DNA of 63,972 bases, counting the filler, from an uncultured bacterium (GTDB taxonomy: Bacteria > Latescibacterota > UBA2968), in the NCBI GenBank assembly GCA_964471275.1. It is 4 parts of 4 records of this genome, joined end to end, with 100 filler letters (N's around TTAATTAATTAA, not from the genome) between each part and the next. Parts side by side here need not be neighbours in the genome. Positions count along the whole stretch, not along the records: positions 36,231 to 54,099 come from CAYYGZ010000075.1; positions 54,200 to 63,972 come from CAYYGZ010000179.1; 2 more parts are not named here. One strand, written 5' to 3'. A program made the position numbers and the translations under genes. Below the pieces are notes generated by a model. That model was not told the DNA's origin. It did not search any database and worked only from the letters and a program-made list of their open reading frames with translations. Positions 48,169 through 58,388 of this stretch are shown here, one piece after another (the stretch's first letter is position 1; each line of letters starts with the position of its first letter).

Positions 48169-49506
48169 CTAATCCGTGGTTTGGTGGTGCGTGATGCGTC
48201 CGCCCAGGATGGTGGTCGTCGCGCAACCCGTGAAGGTCCAGCCGTGGAACGGTGTGTTCCTTGATTTGGATCGGAACATCGTAGCATCGACCTGCCACGT
48301 TCTGTTGGGGTCGATCACCGTGACGTCCGCTGGCGTCCCGGTCTCAAGTGTGCCTTCCAGGAGCCCATACAGTCTTGCCGGGATACAAGTCATCTTGGCG
48401 ACGACATCTTCAACCGTCAGGATGCCGGGCTCGACGAGTGATGTGAGGATGCTGCCAACGGCTGTTTCCAGCCCGAGGATTCCGTTCGGGGCTTCGGGGA
48501 AGTATCGGAGTTTCTCCTCGGTGGTGTGTGGCGCGTGGTCGGTCGCGATGATGTCGATTGTACCGTCGGCGAGACCTTCAAGCACGGCCTCTCTATCGTC
48601 GGTCGGCCGGAGCGGGGGACTCATCTTGCCAGACGTACCGTATATCGGAACGTCTGCGTCGGTCAGGATAAAGTGGTGTGGGCACGCCTCGGTGGTGACC
48701 GACAGGCCCTCGGCTTTTGCCTCTCGAACCAGATCGATAGATCGCCGTACGCTGATGTGGAGGATGTGGAGCTTGCCTCCCACCTCGCGTAGCAGTTCGA
48801 TATCTCGTTCGATCATAGCCGATTCCCCCTCGGATCCCATTCCCTTGAGCCCGAGTCTTCGGGATACCGGCCCTTCGTGCATGTGACCGCCACGTGTGTG
48901 TCGGAAATCTTCTACGTGCGGACAGACGACAAATCCGCTCTCCTCCGATCTCCTGAGCAATTCGCGCATGATGTCTCGCGACTCGATGGGCAGACCGTCG
49001 TCGGAAAAGCCGACAACACCCGCGTCCAGAAGTGCCTGCGTATCCGAGATTTCGTCCCCCGCCATACCTACCGTTCCGCAGCCCACGATGTGAACGCGTG
49101 CATCGGTCGTGGTAGCCTTTGCGCGGATTTGCTCTACGACAGCAGGCGAGTCGATCGGTGGCTCAGTGTTGGGGAGACAGACAACGCTCGTAAATCCTCC
49201 CGCAGCTGCCGCCTGACACCCTGACTCGATCGTTTCTTTTTCTGGAAACCCCGGGTCACGCAGGTGAACGTGAACGTCAATCAGGCCGGGGACGATAAGC
49301 TTTCCAGAAACATCGAGCATGATCGCGGCACATGTTTCATCGATGTTGCCGACGCGGGAAATCACCCCGGCTTCGATCAGGAGGTCACCGGACAGTCGTG
49401 TCCCTGTCCCGGGATCTATGATGCGGCCATTCTTGAGAAGAAGTGAGTCTGGTTTGGTGCCGATCACAGAGGATCCTAGCGGGGAGAATCGTTGTCCGAC
49501 GGGCAT
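48169..49506 (-). CDS. pyrC: Dihydroorotase (type I)
   Basis: DVHVHLRDPG, AAAGGFT, EACPHH, PPLR, ATDHAPH, SRNTPF; next to carA. Confidence 0.92.
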   Translation of the reverse strand: MPVGQRFSPLGSSVIGTKPDSLLLKNGRIIDPGTGTRLSGDLLIEAGVISRVGNIDETCAAIMLDVSGKLIVPGLIDVHVHLRDPGFPEKETIESGCQAAAAGGFTSVVCLPNTEPPIDSPAVVEQIRAKATTTDARVHIVGCGTVGMAGDEISDTQALLDAGVVGFSDDGLPIESRDIMRELLRRSEESGFVVCPHVEDFRHTRGGHMHEGPVSRRLGLKGMGSEGESAMIERDIELLREVGGKLHILHISVRRSIDLVREAKAEGLSVTTEACPHHFILTDADVPIYGTSGKMSPPLRPTDDREAVLEGLADGTIDIIATDHAPHTTEEKLRYFPEAPNGILGLETAVGSILTSLVEPGILTVEDVVAKMTCIPARLYGLLEGTLETGTPADVTVIDPNRTWQVDATMFRSKSRNTPFHGWTFTGCATTTILGGRITHHQTTD

Positions 49507-49587
49507 TGTGTAGGGGGATGAACTTACCTGTGGTGCGGTGACCTGTCAAGCGGATCGGGAAGCTCGGATAGGCCTGGAAACTGTCAA

Positions 49588-51237
49588 TCATCGTAGCTGG
49601 GCTGCCAGTTGATCCGACGTAATGATGCGGTCTGGAATGGTCAAGCCAACTTCACGCAACCTGTCAACAAGGACGATCCCTCGTGGGAGGGGAAGTCCGA
49701 GGGCTCGCAATTGATCCGGCTCCGAGAATGCTTCGCCAACGGGCGCGTTCAGGGCGACTCGACCGTGGTTCATCCCGATAATACGATCGCTCAGAGCAGC
49801 CGCCCGGCATAGATCGTGAGTCATCATCAGAATTGTTACCCCCGAAGCGTTCAGTTCTGTGATGATCGTGTCCAGCTCGTTCGTACCTGCCGGGTCCAGA
49901 CCCGCCATCGGCTCGTCGAGGACAAGCAATGATGGTGAAGTTGCCAGCACCCCGGCCAGGGCGGCTCTACGCTTTTCACCGCCGCTCAGAGTGAAGGGGT
50001 TCCGCTCACGGAAGCGGGGAGGGTCAAGCCCGACCGATTCAAGCGCGTCGTCGATCCTTTCGGGGATGTTGTCCATTCCGAGGTTCCGCGGCCCGTAGCC
50101 GACGTCCTCGCTCAGGGTCTCTGCGAACAGCTGTGATTCGGGGAATTGAAACACAAGCCCGACCTGTCTGCGGAGTTGCTCGTGAGAGGCTGGATTGCCC
50201 GCGTCAAGACCCCCAACAGAGACCGTCCCGGCGGTCGCGATATTTAGTCCGTTCAAATGTAGCGCCAACGTGGATTTACCCGAGCCACTCGGTCCCATCA
50301 GGCAGGCCACCTCACCCCGTCTGATGGTCAAGTCGATTCCTCTCAGGGCAACGTGCTCAGTCGGCAACCCCGGATTGTAGGTGTACCGAAGATCGCTGAT
50401 CTCAACGATCTTCTTAGGGGATACGGGCCGAGTAGGAGGTGTGGTCACCGAGATGCGGCCGAATGATCCCGCTGCCTGGATGAGGGCATCTGGCGTGACC
50501 GGGACCGGGGACGGCAGGCCCACGGCCTCCCCAACTCGGCCAGCGCAAGTGGTGGCGAGCTGGATAGGACGCAATCGGTCAGGGTGTGAGAGCGTGTGTG
50601 CCGGGAGGCCGTCGTGGATGATTGCGCCCCGATTGAAGACAAGCAGGCGATCGGCTCCCAACGCCTCGTCCGGGTCCTGGCAGACGACCACAGGCGTGAT
50701 TCCATCTGCTTTGAGTCCCGCGATCAGGTCTCTAAGTTCCACCTGGAAAGCCGGGTCAAGCATCGAGAAGGGCTCGTCCAAGAGCAGGTATTCAGGCCGC
50801 ATCACGACAATGGACGCGATGGCCAGACGCTGGCGTTCTCCTCCGGACAGCAGGTGGGGGTCGTGATGGCGATACCGGGTTAGGTCGAACCGTTCGAGCA
50901 CCGCGTTCACACGCACGATCATCTCGTCGCGTGGGACACCGATGTTCTCCAGACCAAAGGCAATCTCAGATTCGACGACGGGCGAGACGATCTGGTCATC
51001 GGGGTTCTGGAATACGAGACCTGCGTTCCGCGAAGCAACACCAGGATCGGCGTCAGCAGCGACAGATCCCGATGTTGGGGTGAGAAGCCCAGCGACGCAT
51101 TTGAGGAAAGTTGACTTTCCTGAGCCGTTCGGACCGAGGATGGCCACACGTTCACCCGGGAGGAGGTCGAGCGTGATGTCCTGAACAACGGGCCGATCAG
51201 GCTGGTAGGAGAAGGATAGGTCGCGGATCTGGATCAA
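49588..51237 (-). CDS. ECF-type transporter ATPase, fused EcfA-EcfA'
   Basis: Two NBDs: GPNGSGKST/VFQNPDDQ/LSGGERQR and GPSGSGKST/VFQFPESQLF/LSGGEKRR. Confidence 0.9.
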   Translation of the reverse strand: MIQIRDLSFSYQPDRPVVQDITLDLLPGERVAILGPNGSGKSTFLKCVAGLLTPTSGSVAADADPGVASRNAGLVFQNPDDQIVSPVVESEIAFGLENIGVPRDEMIVRVNAVLERFDLTRYRHHDPHLLSGGERQRLAIASIVVMRPEYLLLDEPFSMLDPAFQVELRDLIAGLKADGITPVVVCQDPDEALGADRLLVFNRGAIIHDGLPAHTLSHPDRLRPIQLATTCAGRVGEAVGLPSPVPVTPDALIQAAGSFGRISVTTPPTRPVSPKKIVEISDLRYTYNPGLPTEHVALRGIDLTIRRGEVACLMGPSGSGKSTLALHLNGLNIATAGTVSVGGLDAGNPASHEQLRRQVGLVFQFPESQLFAETLSEDVGYGPRNLGMDNIPERIDDALESVGLDPPRFRERNPFTLSGGEKRRAALAGVLATSPSLLVLDEPMAGLDPAGTNELDTIITELNASGVTILMMTHDLCRAAALSDRIIGMNHGRVALNAPVGEAFSEPDQLRALGLPLPRGIVLVDRLREVGLTIPDRIITSDQLAAQLR

Positions 51238-51315
51238 GCACAGACCTGTGTCTTCGGGTCAATGGCTTGGCGGTCACGAGGGTCATCCCCTGGCGACAAC
51301 CTTGTGGAAGGTAGG

Positions 51316-52617
51316 TCAATCGGCGGCAGCAACGGGTTCTGGCGCGGCCGCGGTAAATGTTTCGAAGGCTGGCAAGTTTCCGTCTTCTCCCGTCGTCACT
51401 TCTCTGGGGTCGACGATGATTTCCAGATCATCACGTCCTTCGAGTTGGTTCATGTAGGCGACTGATGCCTCGACCTCACCAAGGTCGAGTGTGTTCTTGA
51501 TCCAGAGCACGCGTGCATCGGGAACCTCGATCAGACCGATCGATTCGAGCGCAATGTTCAGGACCTCCTGATCCGTTTCGTAATGCAGGGGGACGGCCCC
51601 TGCGGATACGTGCTGGCCGGTGATGACATTTGTGTAGGTGGCGTGGAAATCGATCTTGTCGACAAGTCGATTGGTTGTGAACTCGGCGAGCCCGATACCC
51701 GTAGCGTTTCCGTGGGTGATTTCCGTCAGATCCCGGATGAAGATGCGCAGGACGCGGGGTGTCTCGTCTCCCATCGCCCGACGATCGTTCCGCTTGCGAC
51801 CGATTACGTTGGTATCCATACCGGCACCGCTTATGTCCTTGCCCATCTCATCAATGATCAGGAGGTCAACATCCTCGAACGGCAACTTAGGACACCAATC
51901 TTTCGATTTGGCCTGAAGCACCTTCTCTATATCTTCGAAATCAGGCGCGTCTATCGCGTGGACCTCAGCCGTCTCGTCATAACCGTTCTCGAGGGTGGCC
52001 ACGCCAAAAGCGATCGGTACCTTCTCTCTAACGACACGCCCGACCAGCCGCACGATCGTGTCGAAGGAGTGATGTATGATCGCGCGGTGATAGACTGAGG
52101 CACCCTTGTGTTTCCCGAGACCGATGAGCATCATTTTCATTAGCCCAGATTCGATCTCGCCGGCAAAGCCTGTGTGCGGTTTTACACGATTGACGACAAC
52201 CACGTGGTCGGCCTCAGAAGCGTTCTTGTCGAAGTAGATCGGCATTCCAAAATCCGATGTGCCTATCTGGATCACCGTCATCGAAGATCTGATCGGGCAT
52301 CCCATCGCCTCCTCGTGTATGCCGTATCCTCTCAGCACCTCCGCCTGACCCTCGGCCGTACCCCCGCCGTGACTGCCCATTGCCGGCACGATGTAAGGCT
52401 CGGAACCGATTGCCTTCATCTCGTCGACAGTCGCTTTGACAATCGTGTCGATGTTGGCGATCCCTCGGCTTCCCGCTGCAACCGCGACGGTCTGACCGGA
52501 TTTGATCTTTGATCCCGGATTGAGCTTTTGAAGCTCTGCTCGCACGGAGCCATAGACGTCATCCAATGTCGGGGCGTCAAAGTGCTGCTTGATGCGAAAC
52601 ATACGGGGGTATTCCAT
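51316..52617 (-). CDS. LarA-like (DUF2088/DUF362) protein
   Basis: GSRGIANI, PAMGSHGG, NRVKPHT, GLGKH, GKDISGAGMDTNVIGR, HGNATGIG. Confidence 0.8.
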   Translation of the reverse strand: MEYPRMFRIKQHFDAPTLDDVYGSVRAELQKLNPGSKIKSGQTVAVAAGSRGIANIDTIVKATVDEMKAIGSEPYIVPAMGSHGGGTAEGQAEVLRGYGIHEEAMGCPIRSSMTVIQIGTSDFGMPIYFDKNASEADHVVVVNRVKPHTGFAGEIESGLMKMMLIGLGKHKGASVYHRAIIHHSFDTIVRLVGRVVREKVPIAFGVATLENGYDETAEVHAIDAPDFEDIEKVLQAKSKDWCPKLPFEDVDLLIIDEMGKDISGAGMDTNVIGRKRNDRRAMGDETPRVLRIFIRDLTEITHGNATGIGLAEFTTNRLVDKIDFHATYTNVITGQHVSAGAVPLHYETDQEVLNIALESIGLIEVPDARVLWIKNTLDLGEVEASVAYMNQLEGRDDLEIIVDPREVTTGEDGNLPAFETFTAAAPEPVAAAD

Positions 52618-52641
52618 GTCGGTCTCCAGGCGGGTTCCAGT

Positions 52642-53799
52642 CTAGAAAGATTCCTCGTACAGGGCGATAACGTCCGCTATCGACGTCCTGCGCGGGTTCA
52701 ACTGAATATTGGGACTCTTCATCGCATCCTTGGCCATCACGGGGATCCCTTCCGGATCCGCACCCGTTTCGGTCAGGTCTCTTGGTATGCCGAGTTCGGC
52801 ATTCATGGCTTCAACCGCATCGACGGCTGCTTCTGCCGCTTCCATTTCGGACAGATCACTCACATCTCCACCCAGTGCCGATGCGATTTCAGCGAATCTT
52901 CCAGGACAAGCGATGAGGTTGAAGTCCATGATGTGTGGCAACAGTACCGCATTTGCGACGCCGTGTGGAACCCCGTAGTGACCGCTGACCGGATGGGACA
53001 TCGCGTGAACGTTACCCAGCAACGTCTGTGAGAAGGCGACCCCCGCGAGCGTGCTGGCAACGAGCATCTGCTCCGTAGCGTCGTGGTTGTAGTCGCTGGA
53101 CGCGGCCTGGCGCAGGTTATCCGAGATCATCCGGATCGCACGAAGGGCCGAGGCATCCGCCACTGCATTCGATGTGTTTGCGACGTAGGACTCTATGGCG
53201 TGTGTGAGCGCGTCCATCCCTGTTGCCGCGGCGACGGGGAGCGGGAGTCGGACGGCCAAGTCGCTGTCCAGGATGCCGACATCCGGTATGATTTCGTCGC
53301 CTCGCACGGCCGCCTTGTAGGATTGGTCGTCCGTGATGACAGCGAACGGGGTGACTTCGCTCCCCGTGCCGTAGGTCGTGGGGATCGCGATCGTGAACGG
53401 CATCCGCTTGTCTACGTTCCCCGAGCCAAAGTATGACTCGATCTTTCCGCCGTTGGTCGCCAGCACACCAGCGCATTTGGCGGTGTCTATCGAGCTCCCG
53501 CCGCCAACGATGATGATCGAATCGCAATTCCCGCTCTGGTAGGCATCGACGCATTCGTTTACGATCTTGATCGGTGGATTGGGCAGTACTCCATCGTAGA
53601 GTGCGTGAGCCAGACCAGCCGCCTCGAGTGTGGCAGTGACAGGCTCGACCACCCCGGCTTCAACGAGCCCCCTGTCGGTCACAACAAGGGGAGTTTTGAT
53701 CGATCGGGCGCTGAGAAGGTCCGGGATTTGGGACCGCGACCCTCGACCGACGACAAGGCGAGTGGGAGAAAAGTAGGTATATGAATCCTGGAAGGCCAA
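52642..53799 (-). CDS. Iron-containing alcohol dehydrogenase
   Basis: GGGSSIDTAK, IPTTYGTGSEVT, DALTHAIE, HAMSH, HGVANA. Confidence 0.93.
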   Translation of the reverse strand: MAFQDSYTYFSPTRLVVGRGSRSQIPDLLSARSIKTPLVVTDRGLVEAGVVEPVTATLEAAGLAHALYDGVLPNPPIKIVNECVDAYQSGNCDSIIIVGGGSSIDTAKCAGVLATNGGKIESYFGSGNVDKRMPFTIAIPTTYGTGSEVTPFAVITDDQSYKAAVRGDEIIPDVGILDSDLAVRLPLPVAAATGMDALTHAIESYVANTSNAVADASALRAIRMISDNLRQAASSDYNHDATEQMLVASTLAGVAFSQTLLGNVHAMSHPVSGHYGVPHGVANAVLLPHIMDFNLIACPGRFAEIASALGGDVSDLSEMEAAEAAVDAVEAMNAELGIPRDLTETGADPEGIPVMAKDAMKSPNIQLNPRRTSIADVIALYEESF

Positions 53800-54099
53800 G
53801 ACAGTGTCTCTCTAGTTAAGATGAGATGACCATAGAATCACCTATGATAAACACTTCGACCTGCTGGCACAATGGGGCATCGTCAACGGGTGGGTGCTAA
53901 AGGCACCGGAAGCGTTGCCTAGGTTGTACTGTTTCAGAATAGTGTAAACAGGTTAGGACCTTGTTCCAGGAGAAATGAGGGTCACCTAAGATCCTACGGA
54001 AAAGTTGTTTGCCCGCAACTTATCCCGGAGGAACATCGACCCTCGAGGACAGGGCACAGTCATTTCGTCTTCACGCGCTACAACGTGCTCATCAACTTG

Positions 54100-54199
54100 N
54101 NNNNNNNNNNNNNNNNNNNNNNNNNNNNNNNNNNNNNNNNNNNTTAATTAATTAANNNNNNNNNNNNNNNNNNNNNNNNNNNNNNNNNNNNNNNNNNNN
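54100..54199. other. Artificial contig linker
   Basis: N run with TTAATTAATTAA. Confidence 0.97.
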
Positions 54200-54294
54200 G
54201 CAAAACAGTCGTAATAAAGAAACCGCTTGGCCTTTTCGAGTGTCTTCGTGACTTTGATGGTCCTATTTTTCTAACAGAGGACGAGGAAGAGCCA

Positions 54295-55215
54295 ATGCCG
54301 CTCCCCAAGATCGCAAACTCAGCATTCACCGCCTATATAGCGGACAACCACGCGACGGGTATCCACCGGAAAGGCTACAACGGCGTCGCGTCGCTTATCC
54401 CTCACGGTTACGGCAACAATATCTTCGTTCCGTCCTATGCTGGACTGAACTACGAGACGATCGGTCTTGCAGGGCTCCCCCCCTACTTCGATATCCACAA
54501 GATGAAGTTCGAGCCGCGTTCCGAGCCGATGTCGATCGTGGAAATGGATGAGGACCGGGTCGTCCTCGAGCAGCCAGAGACGTCACACTCCCACGTCTCT
54601 GCTCGGATCACGTTCCGAGTCGCCGAGCCCCACTATCTGCACCAGAAAATCAAACTCACTTTCCATCAGCGATTCTGTGAGGAGTCAGAGCCAAACCTGT
54701 TTACCAGTCTCTGGGCAAGCTACATCAATCAACCGGCCGACCGTCACGTCTACCTGCAGCGCCCGAATCACAAAGCGGAACTGGATCGGTGGATTGGGCT
54801 GACGCGTGAGGAACACGGATCACCCGCATATGACATCCGTCACCTGCCGGACCAGGCAATCACGTCAACCGACCATCTGTTTCGGATGCACACATCAGAG
54901 CCCGTCGATGACCGACACCGGGAGGCGATAGAGAACGAAGTCCGTTCTGCGCTGCCCTACTACTTCGGCATCTGCGCCGAGAATCTCACATACCTGATGA
55001 TGTATGCTCAACCGGATCGCGTCAGGCTTGCCTACTCGCCCAACGGAGGTGGAAAAGCCCCGAAATGGAGCCCGGCCTGGGATTATGTTCTCCACCTCGA
55101 CGATGCCCACTTGAACACCACATACACGTGGGATGTCTGTCTGGCTCTGCTTCCGTTCGAAGGACGTGCAGCAATTCTCGAGGAAGTTCGTCAATTTCAG
55201 GCGAATCCCTTGTGA
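54295..55215 (+). CDS. Hypothetical protein
   Basis: 306-aa ORF with GAGGA RBS; no family recognised. Confidence 0.7.
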   Translation: MPLPKIANSAFTAYIADNHATGIHRKGYNGVASLIPHGYGNNIFVPSYAGLNYETIGLAGLPPYFDIHKMKFEPRSEPMSIVEMDEDRVVLEQPETSHSHVSARITFRVAEPHYLHQKIKLTFHQRFCEESEPNLFTSLWASYINQPADRHVYLQRPNHKAELDRWIGLTREEHGSPAYDIRHLPDQAITSTDHLFRMHTSEPVDDRHREAIENEVRSALPYYFGICAENLTYLMMYAQPDRVRLAYSPNGGGKAPKWSPAWDYVLHLDDAHLNTTYTWDVCLALLPFEGRAAILEEVRQFQANPL

Positions 55216-55227
55216 GGCAGGAGAGGG

Positions 55228-55384
55228 ACTTGGGATTGGCCATTATCCAGTTGCCATTGGCCATTAAGAGGCAGAGAACGGAAGGGATGCGCGGCGCCTA
55301 GTGATCTGAGATGTGGGGGATCAGTTGTGGATGTCACTGGATTCCGACGTTACGGTGCGACGGGAACACTTGGGATTGGCCATT
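55228..55384 (+). repeat. Pair of 17-bp direct repeats ACTTGGGATTGGCCATT
   Basis: Copies at 55228-55244 and 55368-55384; extra TTGGCCATT near 55257. Confidence 0.75.
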
Positions 55385-55438
55385 GACCAATGAGGAGCAT
55401 AGATCCCGATAAACTGCGTATCAGTAGATTACAGAAAT

Positions 55439-55474
55439 AAAGCCCTCGGCGACGGGATTCGCCGGGGGCTTTTT
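55439..55474. terminator. Bidirectional rho-independent terminator
   Basis: AAAGCCCTCGGCGA-loop-TCGCCGGGGGCTTTTT between convergent genes. Confidence 0.8.
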
Positions 55475-55551
55475 CGGAGGGACCGAACCGGGGAAGATTC
55501 GGCTGCTACGAGGATACTTCTACTCCAAGGGAGAAACAGTCTCGTGGGGAG

Positions 55552-56103
55552 CTAGATCTCCAAAGCTCTTTGTACCATATCCTTCGATGCGTTCATAGCC
55601 GTAACGTTCGCTTCATACGCGCGTGAGGCCGTGATCATATCGACCATCTCTGTGACGACATTGATGTCCGGATAAACAACGTAGCCGTCTTCGCGTGCGT
55701 CGGGGTGTGCCGGATCATAGACCAAGCGGGGCTCGACGGGTTCTTCTCTAATCTCAATTGTTTCGACACCGGCTCCCAGAAGCTCTTCCGCGCGAGGCCG
55801 GGGTCCTGCCGGCATGTGGTTCGAATGCGTTCCCGACAGGTTTGCTTTCCGTTCGTTCAGTATGTTGTTGAATCTCTGTTTGAATGGCGACTCGATGACG
55901 ACAATCCGTTTACGCTTATAGGGGCCGCCTTCCTCCGTCCTCGTCGTGTCCACATTCGCGATATTGCTCGAAATCGCGTTCAGCTTCCGTCGCTGGGCGG
56001 AGAGTCCGCTTCCGCTGATATCGAAGGCGTCGAAAATGCCTCCTGACGAGGGTTTGTAGCCCTGAGCAGATCGTGCGAGTGTGACGCTCTGTGTGACTGC
56101 CAT
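55552..56103 (-). CDS. flgC: Flagellar basal-body rod protein FlgC
   Basis: ISGSGLSAQR, ISSNIANVDTT, GPYKRK, YDPAHPDA, INVVTEMVDMITASRAYEAN. Confidence 0.93.
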   Translation of the reverse strand: MAVTQSVTLARSAQGYKPSSGGIFDAFDISGSGLSAQRRKLNAISSNIANVDTTRTEEGGPYKRKRIVVIESPFKQRFNNILNERKANLSGTHSNHMPAGPRPRAEELLGAGVETIEIREEPVEPRLVYDPAHPDAREDGYVVYPDINVVTEMVDMITASRAYEANVTAMNASKDMVQRALEI

Positions 56104-56330
56104 CGGAGTGGTCCTTAGCTACTGGTGCATTGGGATGTTCAGGAGTCACCCCGGCTTAATGCAACGCGCGTGCCGAACGGAAAGCCTCCCAGAAGGCCAG
56201 CGTTTATGGGGATTCCCGCCTCCCGTTCCGCTTCTACACGGAAAATCCTTCACCTGAGCAGCGGAACGACCTGCCGCAGTTCCCGTCATCCAGTCCACCC
56301 CGGGGCCCCTGATACCATTCCACTCATCAC

Positions 56331-57470
56331 TCATTCCAGTTCTATCAACGTGATCTCGGCCGGAGCCAGATACCGGAACGGGGCCAGTGTCAATCCCAGT
56401 CCGTTCGTCACGCTGAGCAGCGTTTGACCGATCCGATAGAACCCGGAAACATACGGCGTCTCGAACGAGGACGAATTCAACCGATACCCGAACCAGTTCA
56501 ACCCGATCTGCCATTCGTGAGTATGCCCCGACAGAACCAGATCATACCCACTCTCAGACGCAAACTCGACGATATTCAGGGATGGCTGGTGTGTCAGCAT
56601 AATTACCAGATCCCCCTCTGGCCCGTTCGTCTCCGAGACCAAATCGGGCCGGCTGCTGTATACATTCGTAATCACCGTTACACCGACAACTACGATGCCT
56701 CTTCCTCCCTCCACCTGTTTCACCCCAATCGCCGCCAATCCATCTGCCACGCGCTTCGGCGCAGACCAGATGTCGTGATCGTCCAAGCAGCCAAAGATCC
56801 CCTTCCTCGGATTCATCATTGCCAGACAGGCCACGCCCTCCTCGACGTGTTGAGTCCCGCGTGTTACCAGGTCACCAGAGAACAGCACGAGATCAGGCGC
56901 CAGGGAGTTGACCAGTTCTGCATACCTGACCAGCAGAGCAGGTCAACTCCCTGGGATCCGCCTGAATGTTACTGATGTGGGCAATACGGAGTCCGGCCAG
57001 ATCGGGTGCAAGGGCCTAGATCGTCACGGTCTTTCGCCGGACCCGGATCGTCCGTGTATCCGGGTATACTCTCGCAATGACGAAGATGAGACCGAGTATC
57101 AGCAGACTGGCCGTGAGTCGGGCCTGGTGTTCGGTTCCAGAACGGGGATCCTGCGCGCGACGATCGAGGTAATATCGACAAGCAGCAGATATGAAATGCA
57201 TTGGCCAGCGAAAATCACGACGATCCAGAAGGGGTAGGCCAGAAGGAAGTCCGTCGTGGGATGCCCGTTCATCAGCCGGTTGACCCACCTGGGAGGTCGG
57301 GCGTGATAGGCTCACTGACAGATAAAGGAAAACACCGCATACCAGAGACCCAGACAGAGCAACGTCCAGCGCAGCGGCTTTATAAAGGAAGGAGCCAGCA
57401 CGCCGCACGCTAAACAGGCACGCCAGCAGATATAGAGATAACAGGGAAGCGATGCCCAGAACACCGACGT
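56331..57470 (-). pseudogene. Decayed membrane-anchored metallophosphoesterase (YkuE/YaeI-like)
   Basis: TM region, TAG at 57016-57018, then LRIAHISNIQ, frameshift, then PDLVLFSGDL, DDHD, THQP, LSGHTH, TNGLG, EITLIEL. Confidence 0.8.
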
Positions 57471-57586
57471 CGACACCCGAAAGACCAGGGCACCGCGCCT
57501 CCTTATTCCCGATTGGCCAGCGCCATATCCAACTGGTCCAGAACCGCCTTGACGCGTTCTCCCGGGTCCCACCTTTGAGCAGGCAA

Positions 57587-58260
57587 TCATGAAAACACAG
57601 GATCTGCGTGATTCCCATCCTTCAACTGAGCGGGTTGAGCCCCCGGCAGTTGGGTCTAGGTCACAAGGATCAGCCCATCGCTGTCGATTCCTCGGGCACT
57701 CATAATGGCACTCAGATTATCCAGCGCCAGCATCGATGATAACCCTCGATAGGTCGTGTAACAGCTCCGCACGACAATCTGCTCCGTCACTGCGCGGACC
57801 TCTTCCCGCCACGTCGTCAGATACGCCGTTCGTTCAGTCGTCGAAAGATCTCTCAGTGCCTCTCCGAAATCACCGGAGATCCACTTCAGTTTCTCGACGA
57901 CGGGTGATCCTGAGAAGGGGCCCTGGATCGCAACCCAGGCTGTAGCCCTGGAACGAAGCGAGACGTCGGATACCAGCGTGTACATGACTTCCAGCCCACC
58001 CTTGCTATGTGAGAGAAGGAGGATCGGCTTGCCTATGTGCCTGAGCGTATTTGCAATTACGCTCGCGTTGTGCCGGACGCTCCTGATGGAGCCGAAACCG
58101 GAAACGTTCTAAACATCGACATAACCGAGCGGTGGGGTCATCCAATCCTGGCTGGCCAGGAGATCCTCGAAGGTCCTCAGCCCGAGCCTCTGGGCGATGT
58201 GTGACCCCAGTCCCGGGACCGTGACAAGCGTATGCCCGTCCGCCCAGTCAGGCCGTGCGT
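57587..58260 (-). pseudogene. Decayed alpha/beta hydrolase (lipase-like)
   Basis: One frame reads LVTVPG..*..LLSHSKGG..IQGPFSGSP..SDGLI..*..NHADPV with TAGs at 58109 and 57656; 5' boundary approximate. Confidence 0.75.
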
Positions 58261-58388
58261 GCACGATGTGCTTTCCCTCGTGTCTACCACAGAACGAGAT
58301 GCCCAACAGGGCGCAAAGATCCAGCTGTGCAAGCGGGGACACAGGCCACCAGCTTCTCCTCCTCTTCAGTGCTGTACTTCGCCCTGAG

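Noticed and set aside
52642..53799. Fe-ADH as the alcohol dehydrogenase of the BMC locus
   Set aside because: Different contig piece and no encapsulation-peptide extension seen
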